A stretch of DNA of 58,336 nt from an uncultured Fluviicola sp. (lineage in GTDB: Bacteria; Bacteroidota; Bacteroidia; Flavobacteriales_D; Crocinitomicaceae), in the NCBI GenBank assembly GCA_964346075.1, contig CAYFTH010000001.1, forward strand, positions 1 through 58,336. The letters run 5' to 3'. Under the pieces are notes generated by a model, which was given only the letters and a program-made list of their open reading frames with translations, did no database searches and was not told the origin of the DNA. The translations under genes and the position numbers were made by a program. Below are positions 1-9,665 of the stretch, piece after piece; the first letter of the stretch is position 1; the number at the start of each line of letters is the position of its first letter.

Positions 1-166
1 CATCAGTGAACAAGGTATTGAGTTCAACAGAAAAATGGAATATTGTATGAGACTGACTCAAATTTCCTCTACATTAATTTTACCTTCATTTATTTTAGTT
101 TATTAAGTCATTTTTCTATTTTTACAAGAGGTAACGTTCTTTAAAATAGACAAAACAAGTACAAAT

Positions 167-187
167 TTTTGGTGAGTATTTTGGTGA
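167..187. repeat. 9-bp direct repeat TTTTGGTGA x2 (12-bp period), possible integrase arm-type sites
   Basis: TTTTGGTGA at 167-175 and 179-187, about 55 bp upstream of a tRNA 3' fragment in AT-rich DNA. Confidence 0.45.
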
Positions 188-241
188 ATCAGAAACTAAA
201 ATAAATTTAAAAAATTGTGTTTCAGCATATTATATACGGTT

Positions 242-261
242 TTCGAATCCTGTCGCGATCA
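242..261 (+). mobile_element. tRNA 3'-end fragment (probably tRNA-Arg), putative att core of an integrated element
   Basis: TTCGAATCCTGTCGCGATCA reads as T-loop, 3' T-stem and 3' acceptor strand. No D-arm, anticodon arm or 5' acceptor strand upstream. Followed directly by a terminator. Confidence 0.7.
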
Positions 262-264
262 CAG

Positions 265-289
265 AGCCTCTCTTCGGAGAGGCTTTTTT
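265..289 (+). terminator. Rho-independent terminator
   Basis: AGCCTCTC-TTCG-GAGAGGCT perfect 8-bp stem with UUCG loop, followed by a T-run. Confidence 0.9.
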
Positions 290-606
290 GTTTTACAAAA
301 GCCACCAAATACAACAAATAGTAAATGCCAACAATTTAAACTTGAGACCATAGACTATTTTAGTCAAACAACATATTGATTTAAAAAATTTTATAACTTC
401 CACCGCAGATATGGAGGTACCCGATGTATCATCCCCCAGCTGGAATTCTAAAGAAATTACAGCTAAAAATTCAATGTGAATTAGAAAAATTTAACAATTT
501 AGTATTTTAGACCATTTTTACTTGTAACTTCTTCAAAAGTTATGCGTCTTCTCTATATACTATGATTGCAATATAAAAGTACTTTAATCGATTAACAACT
601 GCTTAA

Positions 607-3102
607 ATGAAAACTTTACTTTTTCTTTCCGTTTTGTGTTTTTCTACAACGCTTCAATCTCAGGTCTTAAGAGGTACGGTTTATGGTTCTGAGGGAGCGG
701 AAATACCTTTTGCTAAAGTTCACTTGAAAAACAGTTCTTACGGTACCTTCGCCAATTCTTTAGGGAAATTTCAGATTGAACTAAAACAAGGTGACCATAC
801 GCTATCCTTTTCAGCGAGCGGTTACCATTCAAAAGACACAACCGTTACTATCTCTGGAGAAGGACAAAATGACTTTTCCATACAGCTCACCTCAGAAGTT
901 CAAGAGTTTGATGAAGTAACAATCAATTATCGCTCAGAACGAGATCGAGGGAAAGAAATTATGAAGAAAGTGATTGATAAACGGTCCTATTTTCAGAATT
1001 TTTTGAAAGAATATTCAACTGACTCCTATTGTTTTACAAGTCTTGAAAAAGATCGTATCAATGATAGTACAGACTCAGTTATAGGGAAAGAAAAGTTAAA
1101 CCTAATGGAGTGGAGAGCTGTTTCCTACTATAAAAAATCAAATAGGTACAAAAATGACTTTTACGCTTATCAGGATTTTATGGAAACAAAGAGCGATATA
1201 AACTCCTCAAATGTTGGCATCTCCATAGATGGACTGGATGAGAACATTGTCCCAGATGCCGATATTCCTCAAAATCCCTACTTATTCGTTAATGGTATTG
1301 AAGATTTTCATTTTTCAATATTTGACAACAACATCTCATCTCCTAAAATCACGAAGTCGCCACTTGTTTCTCCACTTGCTTTTAATGCTTCAATCTATTA
1401 CATTTTTTACCTGGAAGATGTCTTTGTAGATCAGAAAGGCAAGACGAACTATGAAATTCGTGTAGAACCAAGATTTAAAGTAGAGCCGCTCTTCGAGGGG
1501 ACACTTTATATTCGAAAGGATAATTTCGAGATTAGTTCTTATGAATTATCGATTAATCCAAAAGCGATGCACTACTTCAAAGAAATGAAAGTAGTTTGCG
1601 ATTATTCAAAAGTAGATGAAAAACTTGTTCCCACCAGAAGAGAGTTTATCTATAAGATCAAGGAGGGAAAGTCGATGATTAACGGTCTGATCAGACTGAA
1701 GCATAAGAATTATTCTTTTGAAGTCGACGACTCAAAGCGCAATTTTTGGCTACAGACAAAAGTTTATGATGAAAAAGCATTCGATCGCGATTCATCTTAC
1801 TGGAATGAGCATCGCCCCATAAAACTAAAACCAATCGAGCGTAAGTTTATAAGTGAGCAGGACAGTATTTTGGAATATAGAGAGAGTGAGGAATATTTGC
1901 GCAAAAGGGATAGTGTTCGCAATGAAATCACCCTTTTGAGTGTACTCTTCGGAAATATAGGATATGTCAACTCTTTTAAAGGTTATGAACTGAGTATACC
2001 TGGGTTGATCAGTCAAGTTGTACCTTTCGGAGTAGGAGGATATCGTCATAAACTAGACCCAACATTTAGTAAAAAGTTTGAAAACGGGACTCAATTGGTT
2101 GTCTCCCCTTCGATAGATTATGGCTTTAGAAATGAAGATGTAAAAGGAGGGTTGAGAGCTTCCTATATGTATAATCCACTTAATTTTTCCCGCTGGGAAT
2201 TCATGTTCGGCGATGTATATGACTTTATAACGTCTAATCAAAATATTCAGGGAACACTTGCTCCTGCTAACAGAGTGAGGAACCAAAAATTCGAGATCAA
2301 CTATCGCCAGGAATATTTTAATGGATTTTACGCAAAAACTACCCTGCATTACTCCGACCGTCAATCCATCGATAATTTAGAATATCCTGAATGGGTCGAA
2401 ATTTTTGGAATGTTTCAAAACCCTCAGCCGTTCGAGCGGTACAAGATTTTACTTGCTACGATAGATATAGAATATCACTTCCGTCAACGCTATATCATCA
2501 AAAATGGGCAAAAGTACGTGTTGGGTTCACCATGGCCAACAATTAACTTCCAGTATAAAAAAGCAATCCCTTCTATTTTTGATGCTGAAGCTCAATTCGA
2601 TTTTGTTGAACTGAAAGTTCATGACGAAATTGATTTTAAAAGATACGGTAAATCAGAGGTTAATTTTAAAGGAGGCGGCTTTATCCAGAAGTCAGACCTT
2701 AGAATTATTGAGCACAGGTTCTTCAGACCCTCGGATCAGTTTTTCTTTTCTAATCCTACCAGAACCATGCAATTGTTAGACACAGCTCTAAATACTTCAA
2801 ATTCGTATTATCAATTAAACTTTATACATAATTTCAATGGTTACTTCCTGAATAAAATATGGCTGATCAATCGTCTAAAATTAGAGGAGTCCATCGGTGG
2901 AGGTATGTTAGCAATACCAAATGCGAATTTTGCACAGGTCGAATTTTTTGTAGGACTACAGCGAATGTTTAGAATTAAGAAATCTGTCTTTAAGTTGGGC
3001 ATTTTTGCTGTCACGCAGAGTAATACATTTGATACAGCCTCAATCAATTTAAAATTTGGATTTAATTTGTATGATTCCTTTAGGGATAAGTGGAGTTATT
3101 AG
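607..3102 (+). CDS. Outer-membrane protein, carboxypeptidase regulatory-like domain plus DUF5686-type barrel
   Basis: Signal peptide; N-terminal 'LRGTVYG..EIPFAKV..GTFANSLGKF..SFSASGY' CarboxypepD_reg-like pattern; aromatic-rich beta-strand C-terminal half; 831 aa. Confidence 0.75.
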   Translation: MKTLLFLSVLCFSTTLQSQVLRGTVYGSEGAEIPFAKVHLKNSSYGTFANSLGKFQIELKQGDHTLSFSASGYHSKDTTVTISGEGQNDFSIQLTSEVQEFDEVTINYRSERDRGKEIMKKVIDKRSYFQNFLKEYSTDSYCFTSLEKDRINDSTDSVIGKEKLNLMEWRAVSYYKKSNRYKNDFYAYQDFMETKSDINSSNVGISIDGLDENIVPDADIPQNPYLFVNGIEDFHFSIFDNNISSPKITKSPLVSPLAFNASIYYIFYLEDVFVDQKGKTNYEIRVEPRFKVEPLFEGTLYIRKDNFEISSYELSINPKAMHYFKEMKVVCDYSKVDEKLVPTRREFIYKIKEGKSMINGLIRLKHKNYSFEVDDSKRNFWLQTKVYDEKAFDRDSSYWNEHRPIKLKPIERKFISEQDSILEYRESEEYLRKRDSVRNEITLLSVLFGNIGYVNSFKGYELSIPGLISQVVPFGVGGYRHKLDPTFSKKFENGTQLVVSPSIDYGFRNEDVKGGLRASYMYNPLNFSRWEFMFGDVYDFITSNQNIQGTLAPANRVRNQKFEINYRQEYFNGFYAKTTLHYSDRQSIDNLEYPEWVEIFGMFQNPQPFERYKILLATIDIEYHFRQRYIIKNGQKYVLGSPWPTINFQYKKAIPSIFDAEAQFDFVELKVHDEIDFKRYGKSEVNFKGGGFIQKSDLRIIEHRFFRPSDQFFFSNPTRTMQLLDTALNTSNSYYQLNFIHNFNGYFLNKIWLINRLKLEESIGGGMLAIPNANFAQVEFFVGLQRMFRIKKSVFKLGIFAVTQSNTFDTASINLKFGFNLYDSFRDKWSY

Positions 3103-3451
3103 CGCTAAAAAAAAATGATCTATCTGGAACAGGTCCAATAAAAGATCAAGTTACATTTCAATAAACTCAGACCCATAAAACACTTTTTTTCAGTTATACC
3201 ACCTGTTTACTTTTAAATGAGTTTATCGCTTTGTATAAATCAGGTCAAATAAAGTCTGTTGTGCTGCAGCGAGTTATTCAAGAACAGCTCCTAGGAAATC
3301 CAGAGCATCATGCATGAACATCTGAGGAAGGAGATTTGTGTATGGAGCTACTCCTTTATATAACTACGATATAGATAGTACATCAAGGCTGTTCCAGCTC
3401 GCTAATCAATAAAAGTCTCATTATACAATTAATCGTTTGCGGAATTTAACG

Positions 3452-3793
3452 TTACCCTCCTTTTCGCTTGGTTTTATACCCGTCGGAATCGAGGATACTC
3501 ATCACTTTATCGCGGTGATTTCCCTGAACAATAATCTCTCCATTCTTAGCACTACCTCCTACTCCACATTTGGACTTGAGCATTTTCCCCAAGGCTTTGA
3601 GGTCATCCGATGTTCCCACAAATCCTTCGATCAACGTCACTTCTTTTCCTTTGCGCTTTTTGCGATCAATAGAAACGTAAAGACATTGCTCGCTATTTGG
3701 AAGCGTCTCTTGTTCTACAGATTCATCATCGTCGTAATCAAAATCTGGGTTCGTGCTGTAAACGACATTGCTTTTCTTGTTTCTCTTTCCCAT
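3452..3793 (-). CDS. yciH: Translation initiation factor SUI1/YciH family
   Basis: 'RKGKEVTLIEGF', 'LKSKCGVGGSAKNGEIIVQG'; N-terminal VVYSTNPDF; start moved to MGKRNKK (3793 or 3796). Confidence 0.9.
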   Translation of the reverse strand: MGKRNKKSNVVYSTNPDFDYDDDESVEQETLPNSEQCLYVSIDRKKRKGKEVTLIEGFVGTSDDLKALGKMLKSKCGVGGSAKNGEIIVQGNHRDKVMSILDSDGYKTKRKGG

Positions 3794-3926
3794 CATTAAA
3801 AAGTTTGAGCATTTGAGCACCTTCAAAATGAATCACTATCAAAACCATGAATATTCATTGGGAATAGTGCTCCAGGTAAAATTACAAATTTTAGAACACA
3901 GTGAATTTAAAATGTTGTATTTCGTA

Positions 3927-6200
3927 TTACTCAGGAGGGAAATCCATTATTCTCAATAGTCGCCGCAAGGCATTTTGATTGCTCTCCGAATCAAGTGCAT
4001 CGCGAATTTTTTGTTTTTCTTGCTTCGTCAGATGCCAAGACAGCGCAATTCGATCCTCAAAATCTTCTCTGAGATTAAAGGTAATCACATCTATAGGAAA
4101 GTCTAAACTGCGAACTGCCGTCGAAAACAATTCGTCTTGATTGAAATCCTGAACGCGCGGGAAGTTTCCGTACATATTGCTAAAGGGAAGAAACATGCGC
4201 TCAATCAATCCAATTTCCTCATAACTTTCACCCTTAAGGGTTTTCTTTGAATCCCTGATTTTAAGAACAATTACACCACTTGTGTTTTCCCGAATCCATT
4301 TTCGCAATGACAACAAATAGCGAACCGTCGTTTTCGTACCATAATTATCGCGGATTCCTGCATCCATAATTTGCATGCCGGGAGAAGTCGGCATCGTCAC
4401 CATAGGCATAATGTACGGAAATGTAGCGCTCATGCGCATCACAGAAGTAAATCGCACCTCTTCAGGGTTGAGCGAACTAAAATATTTAAGGTACTCTATA
4501 TTCTCGATTTGAGGGTTCAAACCAATTCGTTTATCTAATTGACTCGTGGCTTGTAAATAGCCATGGTGCTGAGAACTGATTAACAGCCTTCTTCCATCAT
4601 TTATGATCGTAGGAGTAAAAATAAAAGTAGGTACGCTTCCCGATTGCTCAATAGCTTTATATTCTCCAAGTGTCCGATCAAAAACACCGTCTAAATTTTC
4701 TTTAAGTTCTTCTTCGAAAGCAAAACCGCGATCTTTCGAATACCATCTTCCGTTAATCTCAACTTTTTGAAATCGAAAGAAAATGTCACTGGTTGAAATT
4801 GAGAAGGACAAACGATTCAAGAGGTCGCTCGATAATTTAGAGACGTATCGATTATCCAATCGATCGACGATCAAACTATCTCGTTCCATCATCTGCAGTT
4901 CGCGAAAATAGGCAGCTCCAATCATTCCTCCCGATGCTCCCGTTACCATCTGAACGTTAGAAATGAATTTTCGTTGTGATATACTATCGATATGACGCAA
5001 TACGTTGAATGTCCAGGTAGCACTGCGCAAACCTCCCCCACTCGTATTGACAATAACGAGTTTGGGTTTGGTAAACCCTGATTGATTCTTCCAATTTGTC
5101 AATGTCTTCACATACTGCTGATAATCGTGTTGAACAACACTATCTTCATATGCTAACGTATCTATGGCACTTTGACTGTAGGGTATTAAATCTTGCTGCT
5201 CATAAGATAACCCAAAAGCATAACTCTGGAACTGAAAAAGTTGTGTTTCCTTACTCAGAAAGTTAATGATAAGAAATAAACTAATGAGCACAACATAAGT
5301 CCAGTTTTTCAACCATGAAAAAAAAGCGCTGACCAACATAATGATAATAGTAAACAGCATCATTATACTCACGCTTGCAGGTACTTGAAAAAGTTCATGA
5401 TCACGAAAGAAACCTATCGCAAAGAAGGAAAGAATCAAAATCACTTCAAAAAAAGAAGCGTTGATATGATTTTGACTAAAAACCTGATTGAGTAATTGGC
5501 GATCGTAATGCATTGAGCTGCGCGATTTTTTGATCCGCAGACCTGTTCCAATATAAAAATAGCGATCCAAATTTTTCCTCAAAAAGTCCTCATACCAAGT
5601 CTGCTTTTTATGCAAAGAAGCGTTGACATTACTGCTTTTTTTAACGAATTCTTCCGATCGCTTACCCGTGAGTTTGAACAAGTCTTTATTAGTAGGAAAG
5701 AAATACAAAAATGCAATACTGATAAAAAGAATTACTCCCAACAGCAAACTTCCAATCTGTGTCCATATTTCTAAAATAGATACAAACTCCTGGGTCGTTT
5801 GAAAATTATATATCTCCACGATCAAGTTCACCAGGAAGATCAAAGGGATCAAACTATTATTCGTGGAAAACTTAAAGAATGGTCGAGACAACGTGGCGAT
5901 AAACGGATATTTCGGTCCGAGTTGAATGTAGGAATACGTATGAAAAGCCATGATGAACCCACCGAAGCTGAATCCAACAAGCAAGAAGGCCAGGTAATTG
6001 GAACTTCCGAGGTATTCAGGAGAAAGGAATAAATACGGTAATCCTATTCCTATACCAGCTTGACTATTGATAATAGCGAAAAGAAATATCCAATAAAATA
6101 ATACAATGAGATTGTATTTGAGCTGCGAAAAAAGCAGATGAATTGGGAAAAATGCCCAAATCGCTTTAAAAAATGCTCCAACTCCTTTCATCTTTGCCAT
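3927..6200 (-). CDS. Multi-pass membrane protein with C-terminal patatin-like phospholipase domain
   Basis: About 8 hydrophobic segments in the N-terminal 320 aa; SGGGLRS, GASGG and DAG patatin motifs. Confidence 0.75.
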   Translation of the reverse strand: MAKMKGVGAFFKAIWAFFPIHLLFSQLKYNLIVLFYWIFLFAIINSQAGIGIGLPYLFLSPEYLGSSNYLAFLLVGFSFGGFIMAFHTYSYIQLGPKYPFIATLSRPFFKFSTNNSLIPLIFLVNLIVEIYNFQTTQEFVSILEIWTQIGSLLLGVILFISIAFLYFFPTNKDLFKLTGKRSEEFVKKSSNVNASLHKKQTWYEDFLRKNLDRYFYIGTGLRIKKSRSSMHYDRQLLNQVFSQNHINASFFEVILILSFFAIGFFRDHELFQVPASVSIMMLFTIIIMLVSAFFSWLKNWTYVVLISLFLIINFLSKETQLFQFQSYAFGLSYEQQDLIPYSQSAIDTLAYEDSVVQHDYQQYVKTLTNWKNQSGFTKPKLVIVNTSGGGLRSATWTFNVLRHIDSISQRKFISNVQMVTGASGGMIGAAYFRELQMMERDSLIVDRLDNRYVSKLSSDLLNRLSFSISTSDIFFRFQKVEINGRWYSKDRGFAFEEELKENLDGVFDRTLGEYKAIEQSGSVPTFIFTPTIINDGRRLLISSQHHGYLQATSQLDKRIGLNPQIENIEYLKYFSSLNPEEVRFTSVMRMSATFPYIMPMVTMPTSPGMQIMDAGIRDNYGTKTTVRYLLSLRKWIRENTSGVIVLKIRDSKKTLKGESYEEIGLIERMFLPFSNMYGNFPRVQDFNQDELFSTAVRSLDFPIDVITFNLREDFEDRIALSWHLTKQEKQKIRDALDSESNQNALRRLLRIMDFPPE

Positions 6201-6218
6201 TTACTCATTACAATAATA

Positions 6219-7199
6219 CTACGTTTTCAATGATTTACCATGCATTTCAATAAAATCAGTCACGAAATAAGCCAGCGCCTTTCCAACCCATGCTGCTTCT
6301 CGATCAGTTTTTGGAGCGGCTTCCGGCAAATGTAGGTAATCCACATTCTTCAGAGTTCCAAAAGTACGAATATATTGTCTGGCAACATTTAATGATATTC
6401 CGACTGGAGTCATAGCACTACTCGGCATATATGCTATCGCATCCATATCTAATTCCAATCCAACATGAGCATTGTTTTTCTGGAATCGCTCTTGAAGCAC
6501 AACAAAATCGTCCAAATAATTGACTCCCTGATCCAAATAACTGGTATCGAAGGTGAAATAATGATTATCTTTTCTTAGATCATCTATAATTTTTTGACTA
6601 TTGTAGCGTGGATGGAGCCCAAAAACATGGTACTTATCAATAAAGCCCTGATTAAACGCATAAGAGAAAGAATTCCCACTGTGCCTTCCTTCCAGCGATC
6701 TATAATCAGCATGAGCGTCTAGATTAACAATAGTTAATCGTTGGCCCAACTGTTGTGACTTAAAGCGAATCAAAGGAAAAGCATTATTGTGACCACCGCC
6801 TACGACTATAGGAACTTGACCTGCATTGACAACATCAGTCAACACATCCTGAATAAAATCATCCAATTCACTGACGTAGTCGTGCAAAGCAACATGAGGC
6901 TCCTCACGTTCCATTTGAATCGTACCCCAAACACATAATGAGTCGCCTGACAAAAATTCATTTGACTGCATATTCAGTAATTTAGAGAGGAACGCTTCAC
7001 CTCCATTTTCAGCACCTGACTTTCCATGATTAGCTCGCGGTCCTACACTCTCAGCAATCACAATTAAAACATACGTTGCCGCTTCTATTGATGCCAAGCG
7101 TTGTCCGAGTTTTGTTTCCCCTGTACGAACAGAAACGAAACGTTCAGCCGCAGTTTTATCCAGTCGCTCCAGCGAAAAATTGTTCTTTGTACTCTTCAT
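6219..7199 (-). CDS. hutG: Formimidoylglutamase / arginase family
   Basis: GGGHNNAF, NLDAHADYR, HSGNSF, ELDMDAI ureohydrolase motifs. Confidence 0.8.
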   Translation of the reverse strand: MKSTKNNFSLERLDKTAAERFVSVRTGETKLGQRLASIEAATYVLIVIAESVGPRANHGKSGAENGGEAFLSKLLNMQSNEFLSGDSLCVWGTIQMEREEPHVALHDYVSELDDFIQDVLTDVVNAGQVPIVVGGGHNNAFPLIRFKSQQLGQRLTIVNLDAHADYRSLEGRHSGNSFSYAFNQGFIDKYHVFGLHPRYNSQKIIDDLRKDNHYFTFDTSYLDQGVNYLDDFVVLQERFQKNNAHVGLELDMDAIAYMPSSAMTPVGISLNVARQYIRTFGTLKNVDYLHLPEAAPKTDREAAWVGKALAYFVTDFIEMHGKSLKT

Positions 7200-7222
7200 A
7201 AGTTTTCAATATGATTCAATAG

Positions 7223-7642
7223 TTATTCATCAAATAAGGCTATAAAAGTTGATGGTGGCTTGCTGGGGCGCATTGTAGTTTTATCAACAAAAACCAATGT
7301 TGTCGTGGCCGTTGCAATCAAGTGATCTGTTTCATTGTATATTTCATAATCGAAAGTAATACGAGCACCGGCAATACTTTTGATATGCGTGACTATTTTT
7401 AATTCATCATCATATTTTGCCGGAGCCTTATACTTCACATGATAATCGCTGACAGGCAGCATTACTCCCATATTTTCTAATTCGCGATAAGACATCCCTA
7501 ACGACCGCAAAGCTTCAACACGGCCCACTTCAAAATATTGCGCGTAGTTACCATAATAACAATACCCCATTTGATCGGTCTCACCATAACGCACACGCAA
7601 CTTGGTCGATTTCGTTAGTAAAGATTCTGTTTCTTGCCGCAT
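7223..7642 (-). CDS. Acyl-CoA thioesterase, YbgC/FadM hot-dog family
   Basis: 'RVRYGETDQMGYCYYGNYAQYFEVGR' motif. Confidence 0.9.
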   Translation of the reverse strand: MRQETESLLTKSTKLRVRYGETDQMGYCYYGNYAQYFEVGRVEALRSLGMSYRELENMGVMLPVSDYHVKYKAPAKYDDELKIVTHIKSIAGARITFDYEIYNETDHLIATATTTLVFVDKTTMRPSKPPSTFIALFDE

Positions 7643-7946
7643 TTTTTAAACAAATAAGCGTTAATAATTAAAAAAGGTTCTGTATATTCGAAGTGATTAA
7701 TTGCATATCAAAAAGTCATAACAGAATACGCAATTTTATCGATGAAAATAACATTTTATTACGACGAAAAAGCAATCTTAGCAGATAATTTAAAATTATT
7801 TTAAGGTGTAAAACTTTTTAAAAAGTCAATAGGTATTTGATTTTTTTTTTAACTTTTTTCTGTAAATATTTGTTCCATCGAAATTGATAAAAATAATCGG
7901 TGCGCCGATCGAAATATAATTGGTAAAAACGCTTTAAACAAACTAA

Positions 7947-9377
7947 ATGAGTAAGTTACACGAACAAAAATGGGAAGCCTGCCTCAAAGTTATTAAGGAT
8001 AATATTCCGTTACAAGCCTTCAAAACATGGTTCTCTCCTATCGTTCCTATGAAATTGGAAGGAGACATACTCACCATTCAAGTCCCCTCCCATTTTTTCT
8101 ACGAATGGCTGGAAGAGCATTACATCGGTTTACTAAAAAAAGTAATCAAAAAAGAACTTGGGGTTAACGGGCGATTAGAATACTCAATAATTATGGAGAA
8201 AAACTCTCCAAACTCTACTCCATACACTGTAAACTTGCCAACTTCGGGTAAAAGCTCGCTTAAAAATGCTCCCGTGACCGTCCCTTTGGATGTGAATGAA
8301 AAAGAAATTCGTAACCCGTTCGTGATTCCCGGGCTCAAAAAAGTCAATGTAGATGCCAATTTAAACCCCTCTTACTCTTTTGAAAACTTTGTTGAAGGAG
8401 ACTGCAATCGATTGGCGCGTTCTGCGGGATATGCAGTAGCTAACAAACCTGGAGGCACTGCATTTAACCCACTTCTCATTTATGGAGGTGTTGGACTTGG
8501 CAAGACGCATCTCGCCAATGCGATTGGTATTGGTATTAAAAATCAATTTCCCAACAAAACAGTTTTATATGTTGGTTCTGAGAAATTCGCTCATCAATTT
8601 ATTGATTCTATCAAAAACAATACGACCAATGATTTCATCCATTTTTATCAAATGATGGATGTTTTGATTATTGATGATGTTCAATTTTTCTCTGGAAAAG
8701 AAAAAACACAGGATGTTTTCTTCCACATTTTTAACCACTTGCATCAAAATGGTAAGCAAATTATTTTGACTTCAGATAAAGCACCTGTAGAAATGCAAGG
8801 GATGGAACAACGCCTCCTGAGTCGTTTCAAGTGGGGACTTTCTGCGGATCTTCAATCACCTGACCTGGAGACCCGGATTGCTATTCTTGAAAAGAAAATG
8901 TATGGGAACGGTATTGACTTACCCAAAGATGTGGTAGAGTATTTAGCTTACAGTATTAACACCAATATTCGGGAGATGGAAGGTGCGTTAACCTCTCTGT
9001 TAGCGCAGGCTTCGCTGAATAAAAAATCTATCACTTTAGAATTGGCTAAACAGATGATCGATAAGTTCGTGAAAAATACAGCGCGCGAAGTGTCTATCGA
9101 ATATATTCAAAAAGTAGTCTGTGATTATTTTGATCTCGAAATAGAAATCTTAAAATCAAAAACGCGAAAACGAGAAGTTGTACAGGCACGCCAAATTGCG
9201 ATGTACTTTTCTAAAAAGATGACCAAATCATCACTGGCGAACATCGGTGCTCATTGCGGCGGTAAAGATCACGCTACCGTGCTCCACGCATGTCGTACTG
9301 TGAATAACCTTTCAGAGACTGATAAGCAATTTAAAAATTACTTGACAGAACTTGAGAAAAAACTGTCAATGCAGTAA
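7947..9377 (+). CDS. dnaA: Chromosomal replication initiator DnaA
   Basis: Walker A GGVGLGKTHL, LIIDDVQF, RLLSRF, domain IV 'RQIAMY...GGKDHATVLHA'. Confidence 0.99.
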   Translation: MSKLHEQKWEACLKVIKDNIPLQAFKTWFSPIVPMKLEGDILTIQVPSHFFYEWLEEHYIGLLKKVIKKELGVNGRLEYSIIMEKNSPNSTPYTVNLPTSGKSSLKNAPVTVPLDVNEKEIRNPFVIPGLKKVNVDANLNPSYSFENFVEGDCNRLARSAGYAVANKPGGTAFNPLLIYGGVGLGKTHLANAIGIGIKNQFPNKTVLYVGSEKFAHQFIDSIKNNTTNDFIHFYQMMDVLIIDDVQFFSGKEKTQDVFFHIFNHLHQNGKQIILTSDKAPVEMQGMEQRLLSRFKWGLSADLQSPDLETRIAILEKKMYGNGIDLPKDVVEYLAYSINTNIREMEGALTSLLAQASLNKKSITLELAKQMIDKFVKNTAREVSIEYIQKVVCDYFDLEIEILKSKTRKREVVQARQIAMYFSKKMTKSSLANIGAHCGGKDHATVLHACRTVNNLSETDKQFKNYLTELEKKLSMQ

Positions 9378-9399
9378 AACTTAACAAACAAATAAAAAC

Positions 9400-9433
9400 A
9401 AAGTCGGAGTTTAAAAGAGGCTCCGGTTTTTTT
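9400..9433 (+). terminator. Rho-independent terminator after dnaA
   Basis: GTCGGAGTT...GGCTCCGGT stem with GU pairs plus T-run. Confidence 0.7.
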
Positions 9434-9514
9434 GTTTTCATCATTCCAGTCCGAAGCTGTGATTGCTGATCCGAGCGTAGGGAACCAGCATCCGAAATGG
9501 TAAAGTTTGAGCAT

Positions 9515-9540
9515 AAAAAAAGGGAAGCTTACACTTCCCT
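9515..9540 (-). terminator. Rho-independent terminator for fabI
   Basis: A-run then AGGGAAG-CTTACA-CTTCCCT hairpin (U-tail on the minus strand). Confidence 0.7.
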
Positions 9541-9665
9541 GATTATGGAGTTACACGATCTCAGATTTATCAAAATACCATTAGCGTTGTTTACCTGATC
9601 TCGATTTAAAAATAGTTTACTGACCGAAGTCAAGCAAAACAAACCAATTTAGTCGTACTAGTACT

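Noticed and set aside
2-106. Possible 3' end of a CDS entering the window (ISEQGIEFNRK...VY*)
   Set aside because: Too short, no recognisable motif, cannot be supported.
190-263. Complete tRNA gene
   Set aside because: Only the T-loop and 3' acceptor strand are present; upstream sequence cannot form the D or anticodon arms.
3437-3799. 120-aa plus-strand ORF
   Set aside because: Antisense shadow of the SUI1/YciH gene.
7643-7946. oriC next to dnaA
   Set aside because: AT-rich, but I found no consensus TTATCCACA-type box cluster; dnaN is not adjacent.
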